From NCBI GenBank assembly GCA_964349945.1, contig CAYGIH010000002.1, positions 46,937 through 110,936 on the forward strand: 64,000 nt of DNA. The letters are read 5' to 3'. This document shows positions 1-8,266 of the stretch, piece after piece; position 1 is the first letter of the stretch, and each line of letters opens with the position of its first letter. The notes beneath the pieces are model-generated. The model ran no database searches. It was not told the DNA's origin and worked only from the letters and a program-made list of their open reading frames with translations. The DNA comes from an uncultured Candidatus Saccharibacteria bacterium (GTDB lineage: Bacteria; Patescibacteriota; Minisyncoccia; Phycocordibacterales; Zambryskibacteraceae). The translations under genes were made by a program, and so were the position numbers.

Positions 1-174
1 TCTGTTGGGCTTGGAACAGCCTCAAACCCAAATAACATTGAGGATACCGTTTCCGATATAAAACATTTTTTCGTTGTTGAATTAACAAAAAAAGGACTCG
101 TTAAAAATCTCCAAACTGCTGGGAGCGATCCTGATAATTATCACAAAGCATATATCATAAAATTTGATGCGGAT

Positions 175-561
175 GTGCAACCTCTTACTGAGTACTTGAA
201 GAAATTTGTAGCAACTGATGGAGGTCAACAAGAAGTAATTTGGTTTGAACCAGATTATGGTTTTTATAAAGCAGATAAAAATCAATATGTACCATATACA
301 GAAAATGGAAAATCAAAAAAGAGCTTTAACGTTTTAATGGCTGTAAGCAACAACGAGTTGTCAGCTTCAGAATTATCGAGAGAGGCAAAACTTGCGAGAC
401 CAAATATGGCTTCAGATACATGCAAAAGAATTAATGATCAATTCAAAAAACATTGTGGAGTTCGCGACTCCTTAATACAACGAGATACTACTAGCGGAAA
501 ATACCGAATCAATAGTAAATATGTGATTAGAGAGGTGAAAAAACATTTGAACATCTCGTAG
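175..561 (+). CDS. Hypothetical protein (element cargo)
   Basis: 128-aa ORF from the six-frame track with no recognisable motif. Confidence 0.3.
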   Translation: MQPLTEYLKKFVATDGGQQEVIWFEPDYGFYKADKNQYVPYTENGKSKKSFNVLMAVSNNELSASELSREAKLARPNMASDTCKRINDQFKKHCGVRDSLIQRDTTSGKYRINSKYVIREVKKHLNIS

Positions 562-833
562 ACATCAACAATCATCTGTGGATAACTTTTAAAATGGCTA
601 TATTGAGCCGTTTATTTTTTATCTTAAATTAACGCATGTCTAAGGGATTCTTTGTCTAATTCTGTTGAGATAAAGAAGATCGTAAGCACGATCATCTATG
701 TCTCGAAAATCCGTCAAAACCAATAGAGAGATTGAAAGAGCTGCTCAACTACTTGCAGATATATTCTTCGAATTGGTTACAAACAAACATGAGGCAAAAA
801 ACATCAAAAAATTAAAAGCTAATAAACATAATT

Positions 834-1814
834 ATGAAAGAACAACAAAAAGATATTAGGATTCGTCCTTTATCCCAATTAATGAAAATAGAGTTTCCAC
901 CTGTCGAATGGCTAGTGGATAAGCTCGTGCCTGTATCAAGTGTCATAGGCATATCGGGTTATCCCGCTTCTTACAAAACATGGTTTATTTTAGATTTAGC
1001 ATTAAAGGTAGCTAAAGGAGAAACTCTTTTTGATAAATTTAAAACTGGGCAAACTGGAGTACTTTTGGTTGATGAGGAAAATGGAGAGCGATCGCTTCAA
1101 AAACGATTCAACATTCTTAAAGCAGAAAGTTCTGATCTCCCTTTATATTGGACGTCCCTTAACGAATTCAAACTAACAAAAGATACGGTTGATTATTTGA
1201 TTAAGTCCGCAAATGAAAAAGGTGTAGGACTCATCATTTTTGACTCGTTAGTAAGAATTCATGAAAGCGATGAAAACAGTTCTCGAGAAATGGCTAAGGT
1301 AGCGTCATTGTTAAAGAGATTTACTAAAAATGATATAGCCGTGATCTTTACACACCACAACCGCAAGCCTAGTGGTGGGCAATCAAATCCCGCTCAAGAT
1401 ATGAGAGGTTCGTCTGATTTACTTGCTTCAATAGAAGTCCATATTGCTCTTTCGAGAAAAGTTGGAGGAAGAGTGGTTACAGTTACGCAGACAAAAATAC
1501 GAGACGGAGAAGAATCAAAGCCTTTCCAACTTGAACTGATATCAGACAAAGAACATTGTCATTTCCAATTCAATGGAACTGTTCAAGACAAAAAAGATGA
1601 AGTAATAGAAGCAATAAAAGAAACTTTGAAAACAAGAGACAACCTTCTTAGAAAGGAACTCTTTGAGTGCATAAAAGCGCTAGGTGTAAATGTCGGGAAT
1701 TCAACATTTAGTATGGCAACCAAAGAGATGATCTTAGATGAAGAACTCTTTGAGAGAAAAGGTTCCGGTAATAGTACATATTATTCACTAAAGCCTTTTA
1801 GCGAGAACGAGTAG
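834..1814 (+). CDS. RecA-fold P-loop ATPase, RepA-like (AAA_25/DnaB C-terminal-like) replication/primase-associated protein
   Basis: Walker A-like GISGYPASYKTW and Walker B-like GLIIFDSLVRIHESDE are present, plus a C-terminal HTH-like tail. This is the usual partner of integrases in integrative elements. Confidence 0.55.
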   Translation: MKEQQKDIRIRPLSQLMKIEFPPVEWLVDKLVPVSSVIGISGYPASYKTWFILDLALKVAKGETLFDKFKTGQTGVLLVDEENGERSLQKRFNILKAESSDLPLYWTSLNEFKLTKDTVDYLIKSANEKGVGLIIFDSLVRIHESDENSSREMAKVASLLKRFTKNDIAVIFTHHNRKPSGGQSNPAQDMRGSSDLLASIEVHIALSRKVGGRVVTVTQTKIRDGEESKPFQLELISDKEHCHFQFNGTVQDKKDEVIEAIKETLKTRDNLLRKELFECIKALGVNVGNSTFSMATKEMILDEELFERKGSGNSTYYSLKPFSENE

Positions 1815-1968
1815 ATTGAAATTCTCCTCTTATATAAGGGAAGAATATCAATCCGCTACCCACTTAGAACATATGAATGAGTAATTACACCAAAATCTCA
1901 AGACAAAACAGTGGCATAACTCTCCGTGAATTATCACGTATTCCAATGGATAATTAATCAATAAAATC

Positions 1969-3594
1969 ATGAATAAAACAAACGATAAAAACAGTAAAGT
2001 GGCCGTGGGGTATTGCCGTGTTAGTACTGACGATCAGGCAGATCAGGGTATATCTTTAGACTACCAAGAGGAACAGTGTAAAAAAGCAGCAGAAAAAGAT
2101 GGTTATAACGATAACGAGGTCCTCATTATTAGAGATGAGGGTAAAAGTGGAACAAACCTTAAAAGAAAAGGTATTCAAGAAATTATTGATCTCGCTAAGA
2201 AAAGAGAAATCTCAATTGTATATGTTACCCACTCTGATAGACTGGCTCGTAATATCGTCGACCACGCATTCTTAAGAAACACTCTACGAGCAAACAACAT
2301 AACTTTAAAATATCTAAACGGACAATCTTCACTCGACGACGCTTCGTCAATTATGGCTGACAACATGTTCGCTACGATTAATCAGTACCACAGTGATAAC
2401 ACGAGAGAAAAAACTAAACAGGCGGTCGATACTAAAGCAGAAGCGGGCTACTTCCCAACTCACGCTCCAGTTGGTTATATAAACACTTCTAACCCAAATA
2501 AAAATTGTGAGAAAGTGGCAAAGAGAATCATCATACCTAACCCCAAGACAGGACTCCTGGTAACCGAAGCGTTTAAAACATATGCTACAGGACAATATAA
2601 CGCCTACGAGCTCAATGATTTGATGTATGCAAAGGGACTTGTGAGCAATAGTGAAAAGAAGCTGAGTCCGAGTATGGTTTACGCAATGTTAAAAAATAAG
2701 GTTTATCTTGGTGAAATACATTGGATGGATATACATAATAAAAATGGTAAACACGAACCACTCATAGATAAGGATACTTTTAACCAAGTGCAAAATATTC
2801 TATCCGAAAGGAATCAGAACAGATGTAGAAGACGGAAGTATTTTTGGCTACTTAATGGTTATATGTTTTGTGCTGAACATAATTGTAGATACACCGCAGA
2901 ATGGCACTTAAATAAATCAAAGGCTTACTATCACTGCTCAAATAAGAAAGGTTGTGGTAAATATGTTGAAAAATCTGATCTCGAAAAACAAGTGGCACAA
3001 AAATTCAAACACTTAGAGTTTAACCAAGAATTTATTAATTCAATTATAGAAAAAGTAAAATCTATTTTTGATGAAAGAAAAAATGTATATCAGTCAGCAC
3101 AAAAAACACTACAAAGCAGAAAGAATGCATGTAATGCGAAATTAAGCAGTGCTGAAAATCGCCTACTCGATGAGACCTTATCAAAAGAAGATTACTTGCG
3201 AATAAAAGAAGCTGTGATAGCAGATACTTCTAGGATTGATAAAGAGTTGAATAATCTTCAGATTGGCCATGATATCAATATAGATCTTACCAGTGAGATA
3301 TTAGGCTTCACAAAGAATATATATAACACTTACATGCAGGCACCAGAGGAACTTCAAAAGAAATTCATAAGTCTTTTCTTTGAAGGATTTGATGTTAAAG
3401 ACGGACTTATAGTAAAAGACCGATACTCCCCATTGTTCCAAGAATTACTGAACTTAAACGCCCTCTCCATAAAAAGCCCATATGGCAGAAAAGCCGTTGA
3501 AAACAAAGGAAAAGAGAAACTTATATTAGATACATCTAGGGGTGGCTACCGGGAATCGAACCCGAATTGCGAGTTCCACAAACTCGAGTGTTAA
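1969..3594 (+). CDS. Large serine recombinase (resolvase/invertase N-terminal domain + recombinase domain + zinc ribbon + coiled coil)
   Basis: The N-terminus VGYCRVSTDDQ carries the catalytic Ser. A Cys-rich zinc ribbon (CAEHNCRYTAEWHLNKSKAYYHCSNKKGC) is present and the protein is 541 aa. Its last ~18 codons are read from the complement of tRNA-His. Confidence 0.85.
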   Translation: MNKTNDKNSKVAVGYCRVSTDDQADQGISLDYQEEQCKKAAEKDGYNDNEVLIIRDEGKSGTNLKRKGIQEIIDLAKKREISIVYVTHSDRLARNIVDHAFLRNTLRANNITLKYLNGQSSLDDASSIMADNMFATINQYHSDNTREKTKQAVDTKAEAGYFPTHAPVGYINTSNPNKNCEKVAKRIIIPNPKTGLLVTEAFKTYATGQYNAYELNDLMYAKGLVSNSEKKLSPSMVYAMLKNKVYLGEIHWMDIHNKNGKHEPLIDKDTFNQVQNILSERNQNRCRRRKYFWLLNGYMFCAEHNCRYTAEWHLNKSKAYYHCSNKKGCGKYVEKSDLEKQVAQKFKHLEFNQEFINSIIEKVKSIFDERKNVYQSAQKTLQSRKNACNAKLSSAENRLLDETLSKEDYLRIKEAVIADTSRIDKELNNLQIGHDINIDLTSEILGFTKNIYNTYMQAPEELQKKFISLFFEGFDVKDGLIVKDRYSPLFQELLNLNALSIKSPYGRKAVENKGKEKLILDTSRGGYRESNPNCEFHKLEC

Positions 3595-3613
3595 CCGTTA
3601 CACCATAGCCACC
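3541..3613 (-). tRNA. tRNA-His (anticodon GTG) with the G-1:C73 feature
   Basis: The reverse complement folds as a cloverleaf GGTGGCTATGGTGTAACGGTTAACACTCGAGTTTGTGGAACTCGCAATTCGGGTTCGATTCCCGGTAGCCACC. It has the anticodon loop TTGTGGA, a GTGT/ACAC D stem and a TTCGATT T-loop. Confidence 0.85.
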
Positions 3614-3627
3614 ATTATATGCACAAT

Positions 3628-4179
3628 CTAATTATAACTCGGCGGAGTCTCCTTTATACCAGATTTATGGTTGGATAGTCGAGCCAGAGCATAAAGTATA
3701 CTTGAAAGCCTGTTCATAAACTTGAGCGTTTGTTCTCCAAGTTTTATAGAATTTTCTGCATTCACCCCTACTACTCGCCTTTCTGCTCGACGAGCGATAG
3801 TGCGAGCGACGTCGAATGTGGCTGCAATGTCCGACCCTCCAGAGATGAAAAAAGTTTTAATTGGAGGCATCTCGTGTTCTACGAGGTCAATCCAATTTTC
3901 AACTTGCTTCACCTTCTCTTCACCGATGTGTTTATCTGCACCGGCGAGTTCTGCTTGAACCATAAAGAGATTTTCTTGGAGTATGTGCACTATACGAGCG
4001 AAAGAATCACCACCAACCTTGAGTTGCGCCTCTTCTGACTTCACCTTACATAATCCAAGAAATGAATTAATCTCATCCAAAGACCCAAGTGCTTCAGCTA
4101 TGGCTGAGCTCTTAGAAATCCTTTGGTCACAACCAAAAGTTTTTGTAGTCCCATCATCACCTTTTTTTGTGTATAACAT
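3628..4179 (-). CDS. ATP:cob(I)alamin adenosyltransferase, PduO type
   Basis: The YTKKGDDGTT motif near the N-terminus is the PduO-type ATR signature. The start is chosen at the internal Met of the 3628..4230 ORF. Confidence 0.65.
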   Translation of the reverse strand: MLYTKKGDDGTTKTFGCDQRISKSSAIAEALGSLDEINSFLGLCKVKSEEAQLKVGGDSFARIVHILQENLFMVQAELAGADKHIGEEKVKQVENWIDLVEHEMPPIKTFFISGGSDIAATFDVARTIARRAERRVVGVNAENSIKLGEQTLKFMNRLSSILYALARLSNHKSGIKETPPSYN

Positions 4180-4263
4180 GTGCACAAGAGAGGACTTGAA
4201 CCTCCACGGGTTGCCCCATACGAACCTCAATCGTACGCGTATACCAATTCCGCCACTTGTGCA

Positions 4264-4953
4264 TTAAGTAGAGCTATTTATGTGCTTTACTTTCAAGCCT
4301 ATCTTAGCGAAAGATTGAGCTATTTTCAATCTCTTTCTTGAAAGACACACAACATCCCTTGAATAGTACATTTTGCTCAAAATTTTGATTGAATCAGCCT
4401 TTGCGTATTTCAATTGTTCTGTACTACCCTTTCCATCTTTGGTTATATGCCCTTTAATACTTAAATGTTCAAAAATTCTTTTCTGCAACCAAAGAACAAA
4501 TTTTGGACTAGCAGAAGCAAACTCTGTATAAAACATAAAACTTGATTTCCATCTCTTGTCCCAATAAGAATAAAAGCACCCGTCTCCATCAAAACATCCG
4601 CGCAAAAAATCAAAGAAATATTCATTTGGTATATCAATTGCACCTATTGTCTTTGATTTTGCAGGAGTTAAACCAATCAACAAAAGAAATTCGTAAAATT
4701 TCTTGTTTTTAATTTGCACTCTTAATCCTTTTTTATTTAAACCTGAATTCTTTAAACCAATTTTTATATTTACACCAATACATTTATTAAAATTTTCGAG
4801 CTGTTCTCTATCATTTGAGGTCAGATCAATAAGATATGAGGTTTTAGATAAATAACCGTCTGTCGTAATCAAACCAATAGCATAAGCCAAATTACCTGAC
4901 CATTTTGTATTTATTACTATTTTTGATTTTCTTCCTCTATCCCCCATATGCAA
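4264..4953 (-). CDS. LAGLIDADG homing endonuclease (two-motif, single-chain), free-standing
   Basis: Two LAGLIDADG-like motifs are present: AIGLITTDGYL and LRGCFDGDGCF. Confidence 0.75.
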   Translation of the reverse strand: MHMGDRGRKSKIVINTKWSGNLAYAIGLITTDGYLSKTSYLIDLTSNDREQLENFNKCIGVNIKIGLKNSGLNKKGLRVQIKNKKFYEFLLLIGLTPAKSKTIGAIDIPNEYFFDFLRGCFDGDGCFYSYWDKRWKSSFMFYTEFASASPKFVLWLQKRIFEHLSIKGHITKDGKGSTEQLKYAKADSIKILSKMYYSRDVVCLSRKRLKIAQSFAKIGLKVKHINSST

Positions 4954-5002
4954 TATATTATATCCCGCTCAAGGGGATAGTGTCTACCCTAAGAAATAAA
5001 CA

Positions 5003-5028
5003 AAAAAACTGAAGAAATTCCGGAATTT
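5003..5028 (-). terminator. Intrinsic terminator after rplS
   Basis: Palindrome AAATTCCGGAATTT followed by a T-run on the minus strand. Confidence 0.5.
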
Positions 5029-5421
5029 TTATTCTGCTGATTTTTCCTCTTTGATCTCTTCGACATCCTTAGCCATACGAGTATTTCGCATTTGTCGTCT
5101 GATATCCTTGGCTGCTCGGTCTCTAATATGATAGAGCTTGGCTCGGCGAACTTTGGATCTCTTCACCACTTCTATCTTGTCTATCATTGGAGAATAAAGG
5201 AGAAAGGTTTTTTCTACACCTACTCCAGAAGAAACTCGACGAACAGTAAAGGTGGCTCCGGCCTCCTTGCCATGTTTCCTGGAGAGCACCAATCCTTCGA
5301 AAGCCTGTAGACGAGTCTTGCCCTTCTCTTGAATCTTCTGCCAAACACGAGCAGTATCGCCTGAACGTAGGTCAAGTTTCGCTCTTTCTTCTGTGTTTAC
5401 TGGTGAATGCACTGTTTTCAT
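5029..5421 (-). CDS. rplS: 50S ribosomal protein L19
   Basis: bL19-like sequence ([33 protein letters not shown]...). Confidence 0.9.
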   Translation of the reverse strand: MKTVHSPVNTEERAKLDLRSGDTARVWQKIQEKGKTRLQAFEGLVLSRKHGKEAGATFTVRRVSSGVGVEKTFLLYSPMIDKIEVVKRSKVRRAKLYHIRDRAAKDIRRQMRNTRMAKDVEEIKEEKSAE

Positions 5422-5461
5422 AAGTCAGACTAATTTACCACAAGCACTGACCTGTGGCAAA

Positions 5462-5494
5462 TGAAAAGGGCGGTGTCTCCTAGAGACACCGCCC
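5462..5494 (-). terminator. Intrinsic terminator for the GC-rich small gene
   Basis: Perfect 12-bp stem GGGCGGTGTCTC/GAGACACCGCCC, with an A-run on the plus strand giving a U-run on the minus strand. Confidence 0.7.
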
Positions 5495-5509
5495 AACCCC
5501 AGAAAAGGT

Positions 5510-5800
5510 TCAAGCAGCAGAACGCGCCGCTGCCACCATCTGCTCGTACGCAGCCCGGAATCGTGCCTCGTGCTCAGGGCGATACTTGTACTCCGGACGA
5601 GGATCGTGGGGTTGCCCCTCGAGATACTGAGCCCTCGACGGCGACCCTTCGCACACCACCTTGCCATCTTCGATGATAGGCAGAAGGTGACGTGGCGAGC
5701 CGAACAGCATGATCGTCGGATCATTGGCAGCATAGGCTGCGAAGATCGCTGCATCATTGTTGCTTGGGACATGCTTGCCGCACTTGTCGCACTTCATCAT
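5510..5800 (-). CDS. Hypothetical small protein with an N-terminal CxxC (MMKCDKCGKH...), strongly GC-rich
   Basis: GC-rich 97-aa ORF with its own promoter and terminator. The start was chosen at MMKCDK, preceded by a GAGG RBS. Confidence 0.5.
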   Translation of the reverse strand: MMKCDKCGKHVPSNNDAAIFAAYAANDPTIMLFGSPRHLLPIIEDGKVVCEGSPSRAQYLEGQPHDPRPEYKYRPEHEARFRAAYEQMVAAARSAA

Positions 5801-5843
5801 GGTGGACCTCGTGCTTATGTGGAATAGTGAGCCATCTACATAT

Positions 5844-5872
5844 ATAATAGCACCAATACAGCTAAAAGTCAA
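5844..5872 (-). promoter_or_regulatory. Sigma70-like promoter (TTGACT-17-TATTAT) for the GC-rich small gene
   Basis: The reverse complement reads TTGACT tttagctgtattggtgc TATTAT. Confidence 0.5.
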
Positions 5873-5891
5873 GTATTTTCATGGTTTTGTT

Positions 5892-6647
5892 TTATGGCTT
5901 AAAATCTATCTCTTTAAAGGAGTTTTGAAAATCTTCAGGGAAATCAGCCTTAATTGTATGCTCAACTCCATCTTCATCTTTGAAGGTCACTTCCTTTGCG
6001 TGCAAAGCCAATCTTTTAAATCCAAGCATTGGAGGTTTTGAGGATGCATAAAGTTTGTCACAAACAACTGGTCTTTGGAGAGACTGGAAGTGTACTCTGA
6101 TTTGATGAGTCCTTCCTGTTTTTGGTTTGGCTTCTATAAGACTAAACTCCTTTCCTCTTTTTAGAACTCTAAAATAAGTGACTGCATCCCTCATCTCCCC
6201 CGTCGCTCCACGACCCGCAGAATATTTTCTAAAATCACTTGGACTCTTGCCTATAGGCATAGATAAGGTGCCGTGATCTTCTTTCATATTGCCATACACG
6301 AATGCATAGTAAGTTTTATTTATCTTTCTCTTTAGAAATAAATTTTTCAAATGTTCGAAGCCTTTCTGAGTCTTGGCCAAGAGTAAAACACCGGAAGTAT
6401 CTCTATCCAAACGATGCACCACTCCAGAGCGATCTATGATGTCTCCCCCTTCGAGTCTAATCATCTCTCCCACCCCCTTGGCCTCAGGGAATTTCTCCAC
6501 AAGCCAACCAGAAACAGAGTCTTCTTTGGTCCTTCCATCCCCATGCACAATAATCCCAGCCGGTTTGTTTATGGCCAAGATATCTTCATTTTCAAAAAGG
6601 ATGGTTTTGGTTAAATCAATCATAGGTATACCAAGAGGATACATCAT
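5892..6647 (-). CDS. RluA-family pseudouridine synthase
   Basis: HRLDRDTSGVLLLAKT catalytic-Asp motif. The true start may be an internal Met. Confidence 0.8.
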   Translation of the reverse strand: MMYPLGIPMIDLTKTILFENEDILAINKPAGIIVHGDGRTKEDSVSGWLVEKFPEAKGVGEMIRLEGGDIIDRSGVVHRLDRDTSGVLLLAKTQKGFEHLKNLFLKRKINKTYYAFVYGNMKEDHGTLSMPIGKSPSDFRKYSAGRGATGEMRDAVTYFRVLKRGKEFSLIEAKPKTGRTHQIRVHFQSLQRPVVCDKLYASSKPPMLGFKRLALHAKEVTFKDEDGVEHTIKADFPEDFQNSFKEIDFKP

Positions 6648-6666
6648 ATGTTAGTATCATTCCATC

Positions 6667-6742
6667 GCGGGATTAGCTCAGTTGGTAGAGCAACTCATTT
6701 ACACTGAGAAGGTCACAGGTTCGAGTCCTGTATCCCGCACCA
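6667..6742 (+). tRNA. tRNA-Val (anticodon TAC)
   Basis: Cloverleaf GCGGGAT..GCTCAGTTGGTAGAGC..TTTACAC..TTCGAGT..ATCCCGC ACCA. Confidence 0.85.
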
Positions 6743-6776
6743 CGTCCTCTGGTAATTTCCTCCATGAGGACCGCTT

Positions 6777-6848
6777 GTCCTCGTAGTTCAATGGATAGAA
6801 CAGAGCTCTTCTAAGGCTTTGATGCAGGTTCGATTCCTGCCGAGGACA
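6777..6848 (+). tRNA. tRNA-Arg (anticodon TCT)
   Basis: Acceptor GTCCTCG/CGAGGAC, D-loop AATGGATA, anticodon loop CTTCTAA, T-loop TTCGATT. Confidence 0.85.
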
Positions 6849-7196
6849 CTAGATAGATGGATCTATAACACTATTACTACCAGATTTTATTTCCTGAAGC
6901 TTCTTAACTCTTGCCTCATAGAATAAAACAGTCTTTTCTATTGATTCTGCATCAAGTTTTTTTTCTTCTATTGTTGATGGTTTATCTACTAAAAATATAT
7001 TCCCATTAGCTATGGCTATAAACATATAAACACCGAGTGCAAAAACACTGATTGTTAGAGCCAAAAAGATAGTAAACAAAACCTTCCAATCTGCGTTTGG
7101 GCTAACACCCCATCCAAAAAGCTTGCCATTTTTATGCAGATGTAGATGAAGTTTAAATGGTAATTTAGGCATATTATTTAAATATATTAATAGCAA
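6849..7196 (-). CDS. Small membrane protein, possibly pilus-assembly associated
   Basis: Single TM helix; lies at the end of the pilM/N/O operon. Confidence 0.3.
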   Translation of the reverse strand: MLLIYLNNMPKLPFKLHLHLHKNGKLFGWGVSPNADWKVLFTIFLALTISVFALGVYMFIAIANGNIFLVDKPSTIEEKKLDAESIEKTVLFYEARVKKLQEIKSGSNSVIDPSI

Positions 7197-7731
7197 AAGT
7201 CACGTTTAAACGCCAAACTCTGTTCAAAGTTTTTGTGTTTTTATCCGAATCATTAGTAGAATTGTTTAAAGATAAGCTAGCGTTTTCTATAGTGATATTG
7301 GTAGGTAAATTTTCTAAAGCTTGAAGATATCTCATGCTGTTTCCCCATGAACCCTCTGTTTCTGTATTTATATGAACAATTAGTGGATACTTTATCCCCT
7401 TAGTACTAATTTTATCCTGAACTACCGAAACGGTTTTTGTGTCCAGCCCCATATCTTTTCCTAACCGCTCTACAGAATCAATAAGTGGTACAAGATCATC
7501 ACTGTGCACAAGGAGAACCAAAATTTTATCTATCTGTTTTTGATAAATATTTTTTATAGACCTAACAGAACCAGCCAAGGTACTTTCGTTTGCAGCTTCA
7601 TCTGCTTGGTTAGTTATTTGGGAAATATTTTGATTTTCTATTCTGATGATATAAACGCCAAAAATTAAAATTCCAAGTAATATCACAGCCAGGACTCCAA
7701 GTATATACAACAGTAATTTGTTCTTAGACAT
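7174..7731 (-). CDS. PilO-like type IV pilus assembly protein
   Basis: N-terminal TM with periplasmic domain, placed downstream of the PilM and PilN homologs. Confidence 0.4.
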   Translation of the reverse strand: MSKNKLLLYILGVLAVILLGILIFGVYIIRIENQNISQITNQADEAANESTLAGSVRSIKNIYQKQIDKILVLLVHSDDLVPLIDSVERLGKDMGLDTKTVSVVQDKISTKGIKYPLIVHINTETEGSWGNSMRYLQALENLPTNITIENASLSLNNSTNDSDKNTKTLNRVWRLNVTFAINIFK

Positions 7732-7732
7732 A

Positions 7733-8266
7733 TTATTTTGGAGATAGATTAAATTGAAAATTTATATCACTATTTTTTGCAAAATTTGAAACAGGAATAC
7801 TAACTTCAGAAAAATTACCAGAATTATTTAAGATGTTTTCAAAATCATACAAATCCTTTCTTCCTTTGGCCATACCAGCAATAGAGATTGTCGTTGACTT
7901 CAAATCTTTTTTCATAACAAAACTATTTATGATTATCCCGTCCGGTTTTGAATTTATTATCTTTACAAATAATTCATATGGAAGCGCCTTTTCATCAACT
8001 TGAGAAAGTGAAGATATTTCTTTATTTAATTCATCCATCCACTCGACCAACGCATGGGCGTCCTGTGTTGATGATTGATTATTCAATGCATCAATTTTTG
8101 TCTTTGCCTCATTCATCCTGGATTTGGAAATGATGTATGAAGGTAAAAGGGCCACAACCCCAATAAAAAGAATTAGACAAACCCCTCCTAACCCAACGAT
8201 TAATCTGCGAAGAAAATATTCTTTTTTTGCTTTAACTCGCGAATTATCTGTGAGTAATTTAAACAT
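7733..8266 (-). CDS. PilN-like type IV pilus assembly protein
   Basis: Short cytoplasmic N-terminus, TM helix and coiled coil, immediately after pilM. Confidence 0.45.
   Translation of the reverse strand: MFKLLTDNSRVKAKKEYFLRRLIVGLGGVCLILFIGVVALLPSYIISKSRMNEAKTKIDALNNQSSTQDAHALVEWMDELNKEISSLSQVDEKALPYELFVKIINSKPDGIIINSFVMKKDLKSTTISIAGMAKGRKDLYDFENILNNSGNFSEVSIPVSNFAKNSDINFQFNLSPK

Larger units (their letters stand above)
1..3613 (+). mobile_element. Right end of an integrative element (cargo ORF, RepA-like ATPase, large serine recombinase) abutting the tRNA-His 3' end; left end lies outside the window
   Basis: The recombinase gene runs into the complement of the tRNA-His 3' end, as expected for a tRNA-associated att site. 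A RepA-like ATPase lies upstream. The element continues past the window edge. Confidence 0.5.

Noticed and set aside
82-285. 67-aa minus-strand ORF at the window start
   Set aside because: It overlaps the plus-strand cargo ORF, is AT-rich with low complexity, and has no RBS.
2175-2595. Minus-strand ORFs inside the serine recombinase gene
   Set aside because: They are fully contained antisense to a well-supported CDS.
3722-4267. Plus-strand ORFs overlapping the adenosyltransferase gene
   Set aside because: They are antisense to a CDS with a clear family signature.
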